From Chthoniobacterales bacterium (lineage in GTDB: Bacteria > Verrucomicrobiota > Verrucomicrobiia > Chthoniobacterales > Chthoniobacteraceae): a stretch of DNA of 64,000 nucleotides. The notes under the pieces are model-generated. The model made no database searches. It was given only the letters and a program-made list of their open reading frames with translations, and was not told the DNA's origin. The position numbers and the translations under genes were made by a program. Shown here in pieces: positions 18,089 to 25,963 of this stretch. The stretch is from the NCBI GenBank assembly GCA_038239865.1, contig JBBSEI010000013.1, positions 923 to 64,922 of the forward strand, read 5' to 3'. Positions within the stretch are counted from its first letter, which is position 1, and the number at the start of each line of letters is the position of its first letter.

Positions 18089-19447
18089 GTGTCTCCCGCC
18101 GACTGCTACTCCCGAATCCGCGAATGCGCCGTCTTGCGCGAGGGTGCCGCGGCGGATGCGCGCGAGTGGTCCGAGCACGAGGTGCAGGCGTTGTGGTTTG
18201 CCGGCAGCTTCGGAAAAAATTTCACGACGACGGACGGACGCGCGGCCAGCGTGGTGCAGTTCGGAGTGTGGAACCGCGAGGCCGGGCCCGATTTTGCGGA
18301 GGCCGCGGTTTCATTCGACGGCGGTGCAGCGCAGCGCGGCAGCATCGAGCTCGACATGGAAGCTGCCGACTGGGAGCGCCACGGCCACGCGACAAATTCC
18401 GACTACGACGGCGTCGTGCTCCACGTTTTCACGCAGCGCGGGCCGCGCGAATTTTTCACCCGCACCTCGCAGCACCGCGCCGTGCCGCAGGTGTTGCTTG
18501 ATCTGCGCGCCATCGAGGAGCCGCCGAACCCGCAGCCCGCCGCAAAGCCCGGCCGCTGCGTCGCACCGCTGCGCGCGCTGCCGCTGGAAAAAGTGCGCGA
18601 CGTGCTGCTCGGCGCCGCGCAGTTCCGCATGACGCGGAAATCCGCCGCACTCGCGCGACTCGCCGAATTGCACGGGCCGGACGAGTCGCTCTACCAGGCG
18701 CTCGCGACGACACTCGGCTACAAGGCCAACAAGCTGCCTTTCACGCTGATTGCCCAGAGGCTGCCGCTGCGGCTGCTGCGCGCGGCGAAGGACTCCGCGA
18801 CCGCGCTGCTCTTCGGCACCGCGGGCTTTCTCGATCAGCGCGAACTGGCGCCGTTCGATTCGCCCACGCGCGCATTTCTCCGCGGGCTGTGGGAGCAGTG
18901 GTGGCCGCGCCGCGCGGAGTTCGAGCGTCTCATCCTGCCGTGTTCGATTTGGAAAATGAGCGGGCAGCGCCCGATGAATCACCCGCAGCGCAGGCTCGCG
19001 GCGCTCGCGCAGATCGTCCGCCACTGGCCGCGTGTCCGCGCGCTGCGCGATGCGTGCGTGCCGGAGGCGACGGCGGAATTCTTCGACGGCCTGCGCGACG
19101 AATACTGGGAGCACCACTACACCGTGACCTCGAAGCCGTCCGCAAAACGCATGGCACTCGTCGGCGAATCGCGCGTCACCGAAATGCTCGCGAATGTCTT
19201 CTTTCCGATCGGCATCGCCGCGGACGCCGCGCGGTGGAAGGAGTTCACGCAACTGCCCGCGCCGCTCGGCAACCGCCGCACGGAGACCGCCGCGTTGCGC
19301 CTTTTCGGCGACTCGCCGCCGGATGCAAAATTCCTGCGCAACGCCGCGATCCAGCAGGGCCTGCTGCAAATCTACGAGGACTTTTGCCAGCGCGACGCGA
19401 GCGATTGCGAGCAGTGCCTTTTTCCCACGCAGCTTGCGAAGTGGTAG
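18089..19447 (+). CDS. DUF2851 family protein
   Basis: 452 aa. N-terminal block EHEVQALWFAG...TTDGR...V.FGVWNREAGPDF..A...ELDMEAADWERHGH..NSDYDGVVLHVF matches my memory of DUF2851. GTG start, uncertain. Confidence 0.7.
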   Translation: MSPADCYSRIRECAVLREGAAADAREWSEHEVQALWFAGSFGKNFTTTDGRAASVVQFGVWNREAGPDFAEAAVSFDGGAAQRGSIELDMEAADWERHGHATNSDYDGVVLHVFTQRGPREFFTRTSQHRAVPQVLLDLRAIEEPPNPQPAAKPGRCVAPLRALPLEKVRDVLLGAAQFRMTRKSAALARLAELHGPDESLYQALATTLGYKANKLPFTLIAQRLPLRLLRAAKDSATALLFGTAGFLDQRELAPFDSPTRAFLRGLWEQWWPRRAEFERLILPCSIWKMSGQRPMNHPQRRLAALAQIVRHWPRVRALRDACVPEATAEFFDGLRDEYWEHHYTVTSKPSAKRMALVGESRVTEMLANVFFPIGIAADAARWKEFTQLPAPLGNRRTETAALRLFGDSPPDAKFLRNAAIQQGLLQIYEDFCQRDASDCEQCLFPTQLAKW

Positions 19448-19456
19448 CGTCGCGGG

Positions 19457-19852
19457 ATGACGCCTGCCGAATTCCAAAACTGGAAAGCCGATCGCCTGCG
19501 CACGCTCGGCCTGCGCGCGGAGGATTTCGAGGAGACCTTCAGCCGCAGCAGCGGACCCGGCGGGCAGAACGTGAACAAGGTCTCGACGCAGGTGACGCTG
19601 AACCACAAGCCGACCGGCCGCGCCGTGAGCGTGCAGGACACGCGCTCGCAGGCGGCGAACCGCCTCATCGCATGGGAGCGACTGCTCGATGCGATGGCCT
19701 CCGCGGAGCAGGAGGAGCGTGCCGCGAAAAAGCACGCGCGTGAAAAGAAGCGCCGCCAAAATGCGAAGCGCCCGTGGGGCGTGAAGCAGCGCATTCTCGA
19801 CGCGAAGAAAAAGCGCGGGGCGATCAAGAAGCTGCGCTCAAGCGATTGGTGA
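19457..19852 (+). CDS. arfB: ArfB-like peptidyl-tRNA hydrolase (class-I release-factor GGQ domain)
   Basis: 131 aa. SGPGGQNVNKVST motif followed by a Lys/Arg-rich C-terminal tail. Confidence 0.75.
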   Translation: MTPAEFQNWKADRLRTLGLRAEDFEETFSRSSGPGGQNVNKVSTQVTLNHKPTGRAVSVQDTRSQAANRLIAWERLLDAMASAEQEERAAKKHAREKKRRQNAKRPWGVKQRILDAKKKRGAIKKLRSSDW

Positions 19853-19932
19853 GCAGGCGCGAGCTTCCCGCACATTGCGAAGCAACGGATGAAAAATGAG
19901 CGGCGGCTGGCTCTGCGGACACGTGCGGCCGG

Positions 19933-20214
19933 CTAGTACAGCGGCGGCGAGTCGTACACGAGCTTTGCGGTCGCGGTGCAGTCGGAATCGGCGCTCACGC
20001 GGATCCAGTGTGCCTGAATCTCCGCAGGCAGGACGTGGACATCTGTGGTGCCGGGTTTGACTTCGGAAGTCCCGAACTTGACCCACAGTCCCGTGCCGTC
20101 GAGGTCGAGTTCGATCGTGAATTTGACCGGATGCTTTTCGCCGTGGCTGAGCTGGAGCATGCGTCTGTCGAAGCCCCAGAGCAGATAGGGATCGCTCTTC
20201 TCGCCAGCGCGCAC
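19933..20214 (-). pseudogene. in-frame continuation of the upstream secreted-protein gene, after an internal TGA
   Basis: Same reading frame as 20227..22395. Only TGA plus four codons separate the two. Encodes a second copy of the internal domain (SDPYLLWGFDRRMLQLSHGEKHPVKFTIELD...HWIRVSADSDCTATAKLVY versus SDPILFSVYARRSLWLQHGEAAPVTFTLEVD...AWLRVSASRDCASATALLHY). Confidence 0.7.
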
Positions 20215-20226
20215 TTTCGTCTCCGC

Positions 20227-22395
20227 TCACGGGCCGCCGGTGCCGCGCGGTTTGCCAAACTGCCAGAGATCGTCAATCGCGCCGGCCCACAGCGCGGCCT
20301 TGCCATCGTCGCTCCGGATGATGTGCCCGCCCTTCGCATCGTCGGTGATGCCGCTGAGCAGCAGCATGCCGCGATAGGTCGCGTAGTCCTTGATGCGCCG
20401 GTTGTGCGTGGCGATGGGGCGGATTTTTCCAAAGCCGCCGGAGCTCTCCGCGGGCAGTTCGTAGAATGTGCCGCCGCAGTTGAACAGATCGCGCTCGGTG
20501 ACGGCCTCGCGATCCACGCGCTCTTCGCCGAGCACACCAGGCGTGTCGAATGCCGCGTCGCCTTTCGGCAGGCGCCAGCGGCGGCCTTGTTCATCGGTGT
20601 AAAGGACGGAGGCCGCATCCGAGGTGAGCACGCCCTGCGGGATCGCCATGTTCGTGCGCAGGTAGTCCGCGGCCTTCGTGTCGTCCTTGCGGCGCAGGTT
20701 CAGATCGCCGTCGAGTTCGTAGTATGCGTCCGCGGTGGCAAAGGCGAGCGTGCGCAGATTGTCACCGCGCGCGCGGAGGAGACCGCCGGAGACTTTCGTG
20801 TCCGTGGGCTTCGCGATGCCGTCGAAGATTTCCGCGGCGGTGACGCTGCGTGTGTCGTCGTCGCGGTAGTGCAGCAGCGCCGTCGCGCTTGCGCAGTCGC
20901 GGCTCGCGCTCACTCGGAGCCACGCGCCGGATTCAGCCGATTCGAAAATGACGTGCGCCGGCGAATCCGCCGCGACCTTCACAACGCGGAGCTTTGTCCA
21001 CTGGCCGTCGCCTTTCGCATCCACCTCCAGCGTGAAGGTGACCGGCGCCGCCTCGCCGTGCTGAAGCCACAGCGAACGGCGCGCGTAGACGCTGAAGAGA
21101 ATCGGATCGCTCGGCGCGTGCGCGGTCACTTTGTCCGCCAGCCACACCGCGCCCTGGCCGATGGGCGGCCCGAGTTTGTCGAGCGTCTGCGGTGTGACGA
21201 ACCACAGGTTCGACTGCGACTGGCCGGGCGAAAGGACTTTCCCTTTCGCCTTTCGCGCGTTGAGGAATTCGCTCTTCGCCGTCACGTCGCAGCCGAAGAC
21301 GATGCGATCGTTCCAGCGGCAGAAGTCGCCGGTGACGCAGAGATGCGTGGAGCGCGGCGCGATGCCGGCGGAGTTGTGCGTGGAGAATGTTTTCGGAAAA
21401 CGCCACAGGCCGCCGTGCATCGTCATGAGCAGATCGTTCTCGCCGATGTCGCGGATGCGCGGCCACTCGGTGTGCCAGCCGTGCGCGCCGTCGTAGGTGT
21501 GGGATGGCTTCGGCAGTCGGAACGTGTGCCACTTGCCGCCGTCGAGACACATCACGATCACGGATCGTTTGTCCCAGCCGGTGGCCCACACGGGATCGGT
21601 GTCGGGATGCTCGTTGCCGAAGATGCCGCCGGGGCCGCTCACCTCGGTGAATTGCGCGCGCCGCACGAGCGCGAAATCGCCCGATCCGGTCCACTCGCCG
21701 AGCGCGCCGCTCACGGTGTCGGGATTCGTCTCCGCGTCCTTGCCGTGCTCGCCGTTGTTGGAAAACACGACGCGGCCCTGGCCGGAGAAAAGCCCCTTGC
21801 CATGCCAGCCGGGGAGCTGCGTCTCCGCCGTCGCGGGATGCGCTTCGCTCAGCGCGCCGGCCTTCGGCTTGTTCATGCGATCCTTCAGCAGGCCCGTGAC
21901 CTCGAGCGAATGCACGTCCACCTCGTAAAGTCCGGCCTCCATCGTCGCGACGTACACCTTGTTCGCCGGATCGGTAAGATGCCGTGCGACGCCGGTGAGA
22001 CGGCCCGGCATTTTCTGCCACGGGATCACGCGCACGTTGCGCTCCGCATCGATCACATACGGCCCGATGATGAGCTGCTGCGACTCGCGGTGAATCATCC
22101 GATCCGCCGGCGTGCCGCCGATGCTCTCGGGCCGGATGATCTGCTGCAGCTCCGGCGTGATTTCGTAGAGCTTGTCGCTCGATCCGTACGGCAGATGCGG
22201 CCCGTAGCTCACGACCCACAGGCGGTCCGCCCAAGGCACCACCGCGCCGGTGCCGCACTCGCCCTCGTTGTTGAAAGTCGCGAGCGAGGGATAGACGCCG
22301 CTGATGCTGCGTGGTTCCGCCGCATGGGCGGCGGTTGCAAAGTGGCCCGCGAGGATCGCGGCGACGGCTGCGGAGAAGAGCGGGCGGGAAATCAT
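20227..22395 (-). CDS. large secreted hypothetical protein, truncated by an internal TGA relative to its full domain set
   Basis: Starts at MISRPLFSAAVAAILAGHFATAAHA (signal peptide). 722 aa. Lies 40 nt downstream of the sulfatase gene on the same strand. No named family recognised. Confidence 0.75.
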   Translation of the reverse strand: MISRPLFSAAVAAILAGHFATAAHAAEPRSISGVYPSLATFNNEGECGTGAVVPWADRLWVVSYGPHLPYGSSDKLYEITPELQQIIRPESIGGTPADRMIHRESQQLIIGPYVIDAERNVRVIPWQKMPGRLTGVARHLTDPANKVYVATMEAGLYEVDVHSLEVTGLLKDRMNKPKAGALSEAHPATAETQLPGWHGKGLFSGQGRVVFSNNGEHGKDAETNPDTVSGALGEWTGSGDFALVRRAQFTEVSGPGGIFGNEHPDTDPVWATGWDKRSVIVMCLDGGKWHTFRLPKPSHTYDGAHGWHTEWPRIRDIGENDLLMTMHGGLWRFPKTFSTHNSAGIAPRSTHLCVTGDFCRWNDRIVFGCDVTAKSEFLNARKAKGKVLSPGQSQSNLWFVTPQTLDKLGPPIGQGAVWLADKVTAHAPSDPILFSVYARRSLWLQHGEAAPVTFTLEVDAKGDGQWTKLRVVKVAADSPAHVIFESAESGAWLRVSASRDCASATALLHYRDDDTRSVTAAEIFDGIAKPTDTKVSGGLLRARGDNLRTLAFATADAYYELDGDLNLRRKDDTKAADYLRTNMAIPQGVLTSDAASVLYTDEQGRRWRLPKGDAAFDTPGVLGEERVDREAVTERDLFNCGGTFYELPAESSGGFGKIRPIATHNRRIKDYATYRGMLLLSGITDDAKGGHIIRSDDGKAALWAGAIDDLWQFGKPRGTGGP

Positions 22396-22435
22396 CCGCG
22401 CAGCATAAGAAGCCGTGTGCGGATCGCGCCAGCGT

Positions 22436-23860
22436 TTACGGGGTCTTTCTCTTGCGGCGCGGCGGAGTTGCGTCGCCGGGCTGTCCGGGCACTGCAGCAT
22501 TTTTGCGGGCTCCCGGCCCCCATGCGGCGTCGATGTTTCCAGCGTTCCATTGGTTCCACATCGCGGTGAGTTCGCTGAGCTTCTCGGGATTCTTCGCTGC
22601 GAGGTTTTCCTTTTCGCCGATGTCTTTCGTCACGTTGTAAAGCTCCGCGCCTTCGGTGCTCGCTTTGCCGGCGCGACCGCCTTGCATCCCGGCCATGCCC
22701 GCGCCTTTCACGAGTTTCCAGTCGCCGGCGCGCAGCGCGATCTGCTGGCCGAAGCGCCAGTAGAGCGCTTCGTGCGGCGCACCGGATTTTTCGCCGGTCA
22801 CAAAAGGGAGCAAATTCACGCCGTCGAATTTCGCCTCGGCGGGGGCCGCGACGCCCGCGGCGGCGAGCGCGGTCGGGTGAATGTCGATCTGGATCACGGG
22901 GCGGTCGTCCACTTTCCCCGCGGGAATTTTCCCCTTCCACTGCATCATGAACGGCACGCGGATGCCGCCTTCCCACGTCTGCGCCTTGAAGCCGCGCAGC
23001 GGGCCGTTGCCGCTCGTGGTCTGCGGCGTGGGGCCGCCGTTGTCGCTGAAGAAAATCACGAGCGTGTTTTCCTCCTGGCCGTTCTCGCGGATTTGCGTGA
23101 GCACTTTGCCGACGGCGTCATCCATCGCGGAGAGCATCGCGCAAAAAGTTTTTCGCTTCTTGTCCTCGATGCCGGTGAAGCGCTCGAGATAGGTCGCGGT
23201 GGATTCGAGCGGGGCGTGGACGGCGTTGAACGGCAGGTAGCAGAACCACGGCTCGCTCTTGTGCTTCGCAATGAAGTCCACCGCGTGCTGGCCGAACGCC
23301 TCGGTGGTGTAGCCGATGTTGTTCACCGGCTCGGTGCCTTTCAAAATCGGATTGTGCGGATCCGCCGCCGCGTCGAGGTAGTCGTGCGCACCGCCGAGGA
23401 AGCCGAAGTATTCGTCGAAGCCGCGTTTGAGCGGGTGGAACGCGGGCTTGTAGCCGAGATGCGATTTTCCGAACCAGCCGGTCGCGTAGCCCGCGGCTTT
23501 CAGCCGGTCGCCAATCGTAACCTCCTTCAGCGAGAGGCCGAAATTTTCCACCGCCGCCTCGGCGGGGCCGGGATTGAACTCGTGCCCGAAGCGCTGCTGG
23601 TAGCGGCCCGTCATGAAGCCCGCGCGCGTCGGCGAGCAGTACGGCCCGCTCACGTAGCCGCTCGTGAAACGCACGCCGTTCTTCGCGATGGAATCTATGT
23701 TCGGCGTGGGGATCTGCTGCGTGAAACCCTGGCACGACAGCTCTCCATAGCCGAGATCGTCCGCGAGGATCACGAGGATGTTGGGCTTGGCGTGTGCGGT
23801 GCCGGAGAAAATCATCGCGAGGATGATCGCGGCGAGTGTGCGGATGCGGGAGGTTTTCAT
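22436..23860 (-). CDS. arylsulfatase (formylglycine-dependent)
   Basis: Signal peptide MKTSRIRTLAAIILAMIFSGTAHA. ILADDLGYG, and the CSPTRAGFMTGR FGly motif. Confidence 0.9.
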   Translation of the reverse strand: MKTSRIRTLAAIILAMIFSGTAHAKPNILVILADDLGYGELSCQGFTQQIPTPNIDSIAKNGVRFTSGYVSGPYCSPTRAGFMTGRYQQRFGHEFNPGPAEAAVENFGLSLKEVTIGDRLKAAGYATGWFGKSHLGYKPAFHPLKRGFDEYFGFLGGAHDYLDAAADPHNPILKGTEPVNNIGYTTEAFGQHAVDFIAKHKSEPWFCYLPFNAVHAPLESTATYLERFTGIEDKKRKTFCAMLSAMDDAVGKVLTQIRENGQEENTLVIFFSDNGGPTPQTTSGNGPLRGFKAQTWEGGIRVPFMMQWKGKIPAGKVDDRPVIQIDIHPTALAAAGVAAPAEAKFDGVNLLPFVTGEKSGAPHEALYWRFGQQIALRAGDWKLVKGAGMAGMQGGRAGKASTEGAELYNVTKDIGEKENLAAKNPEKLSELTAMWNQWNAGNIDAAWGPGARKNAAVPGQPGDATPPRRKRKTP

Positions 23861-24002
23861 GGATGTGGAGGAGGGGTGGAAAAGTGTGCTCTGGGTAACA
23901 GCGTTGCGCATTTGAAATGAGACGTGAGCCGTCTTTGAAAAATGCAGCGGTGGATATTTGGGAGACTGTGACAGAAGGCGCGCGGGCTCGAAGTGGGGTC
24001 AG

Positions 24003-24163
24003 TGAAAATAGCCCGGCACTTCAGTGCTGGGCCGCCGACGAAGAGTGGCAAAAGTCCCGGAGGGACGGAAGAAATGCCATGCAGTATCGGGTTCTGCCGT
24101 TTCTTCGGGACTCGTTGCGATCTGGCATCCGTCACCCAGCGCTAAAGCGCTGGGCTATTTTCA
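24003..24163. repeat. ~160-bp nested-hairpin palindromic element
   Basis: Left end TGAAAATAGCCCGGCACTTCAGTGCTGGGC faces right end ACCCAGCGCTAAAGCGCTGGGCTATTTTCA. Each end is itself a hairpin (CCCAGCGC-TAAA-GCGCTGGG). The centre is also self-complementary (GTCCC...GAAGAAA / TTTCTTC...GGGAC). The right end overlaps the recJ stop codon. Confidence 0.75.
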
Positions 24164-25897
24164 AATACAGCTCGCGCGCACGCCGCGCAGCTCGAGTTGC
24201 GCGTCCACGCGGCCATTCCATTCGTTGCGCGAGACGGTGTACGCGATGTCCCACGGCTGCGGCGGCAGCGTCTCGTCCGCGGCGTTCCACCACACGGCGC
24301 GGCTCTGCGCGCGGCCGTGGCGGAACAGGAACGACCAGTGCTTGTCCTTCATCAGCCGCGGCTCGCCGGCGAGCGTGACGCCGCGGGTGAAGAAAACCGG
24401 CTGGTGATTCCCGGTGCCGAATGGCTGCAGCGCGTCGTGCTCGTCGAGCAGGTTGAGATTCACGTCGGCGAGCCGCAGCTCGGCGTCGAGCCGCAGCGTG
24501 CGCTGCAAATTTTCGGCAGTGAGCATCGCGCCCGCGGCCTCGGTGAACGCAGTGCGGAACGCCTCGAAATTTTCCTGCCGCATCGTGAGCCCCGCGGCCA
24601 TCTCGTGACCGCCGAATTTTTCCAGCAGCGCGCCGCAATGTGTGAGCGCGGCGACGAGCGAGAGACCCTCGATGCTCCGCCCGCTGCCTTTGCCGATGCC
24701 CATCGCATCGAAGCCCACGACAAATGCCGGCCGGTGGTAGCGCCGCTGCAGCCGCGACGCGACGATGCCGACCACGCCCGGATGCCAGCCCGCGCCGCCG
24801 ACGACGATCGCGGACTCGCTGCCGGGATCATACAGGCTCGTGACTTGCGCCTCCGCCATCGCGAGCACTTCGGCCTCGATCGTGCGCCGCTCGCGGTTCT
24901 GGAGATCGAGCGAACGCGCGAGCGACTGCGCGCGCGCCGCGTCGTCGGTGAGCAGCAGTTCGAGCGAAGCTGACGCGGAATCGAGCCGCCCCGCCGCATT
25001 CAGCCGCGGCCCGATGCCGAAGCCGATGTCCACCGGACGGAACGGCGGGCGCAGCCCCGCGACCTCCACGAGCGCGCGCACTCCCGGCCAGCGCGATTGC
25101 GCGATGCGCTCGAGGCCGGCGCGGACGAAAATGCGGTTCTCCTCCGCGAGCGGCACGACATCCGCGACCGTGCCGATGGCCGCGAGGTCGAGCAGTTCCT
25201 TGATGTCAAACCTCGCGAGGGGCTGCCGTTTCAGCAGCGCGTGCGCGACCTTGAACGCGATGCCCGCGCTGCACAGGTAGTGAAAATCATCGCCGAGTTT
25301 CGGATTCACGATGGCCACCGCCGCCGGCAGTTCGTCCTTCGGCTCGTGGTGATCGAGCACCACCACATCCACTCCCAGTTCGCGCAGCCGCGCAATTTCC
25401 GCGACGGAAGTCGTGCCGCAATCCACCGCTACGAGCAGCCCCGGCCGCAGTTCCTCGACGCACCGCGCCACGCCATCCGCCGAGAGCCCGTAGCCCTCGT
25501 CCACGCGATGCGGGAGGAACGTCGCCACCTCCGCGCCGTACGCGCGCAGCAGCCGCGTGAGCAGCGCGAGCGAAGTCACGCCATCCACGTCGTAGTCGCC
25601 GTAGAGCACGATGCGCTCGCGCTTTTCCACCGCCGCCAGCATGCGCGTCACCGCCGCGTCCATCCCCGGCAGGAGAAAAGGATCGCTCAGCGTGCGCAGC
25701 AGCGGCTTCAGAAATCGCCGGGCCACTTCCGGCTCCGACCTGCCCCGCCGCACGAGGCACTCCGCGACCCAGGGAGCGACGCGCGTCTCCTCGACAAGTC
25801 GCGCGACTCCCGCGGCATCCACGGTCGGTGGAAAAATCCAACGCGTGCCTGCATTCACGGATCGCGGGAGTTGAGGATTCGGCAAGTCACCCGACAA
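24161..25897 (-). CDS. recJ: single-stranded-DNA-specific exonuclease RecJ
   Basis: 578 aa. DHH motifs (YGDYDVDGVTS, VVVLDHHEP) and DHHA1 (GGHEMAAG). The first codon in the track is TTG, so the start is uncertain. Confidence 0.9.
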   Translation of the reverse strand: MSGDLPNPQLPRSVNAGTRWIFPPTVDAAGVARLVEETRVAPWVAECLVRRGRSEPEVARRFLKPLLRTLSDPFLLPGMDAAVTRMLAAVEKRERIVLYGDYDVDGVTSLALLTRLLRAYGAEVATFLPHRVDEGYGLSADGVARCVEELRPGLLVAVDCGTTSVAEIARLRELGVDVVVLDHHEPKDELPAAVAIVNPKLGDDFHYLCSAGIAFKVAHALLKRQPLARFDIKELLDLAAIGTVADVVPLAEENRIFVRAGLERIAQSRWPGVRALVEVAGLRPPFRPVDIGFGIGPRLNAAGRLDSASASLELLLTDDAARAQSLARSLDLQNRERRTIEAEVLAMAEAQVTSLYDPGSESAIVVGGAGWHPGVVGIVASRLQRRYHRPAFVVGFDAMGIGKGSGRSIEGLSLVAALTHCGALLEKFGGHEMAAGLTMRQENFEAFRTAFTEAAGAMLTAENLQRTLRLDAELRLADVNLNLLDEHDALQPFGTGNHQPVFFTRGVTLAGEPRLMKDKHWSFLFRHGRAQSRAVWWNAADETLPPQPWDIAYTVSRNEWNGRVDAQLELRGVRASCI

Positions 25898-25963
25898 CTC
25901 TGCGGCCCCGCCGCGCGCGCAGTCAACCGGGCACCCGAGGCCTTTTTCCGGAACGGTGTGAGT

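Noticed and set aside
20227-20229. TGA as a selenocysteine codon
   Set aside because: The aligned residue in the internal repeat is Trp, not Cys or Sec. The protein is a secreted non-redox protein, and I see no SECIS-like hairpin immediately downstream.
20008-22569. 853-aa ORF on the plus strand
   Set aside because: It is antisense to the secreted-protein gene, whose signal peptide, internal repeat and normal composition support the minus strand.
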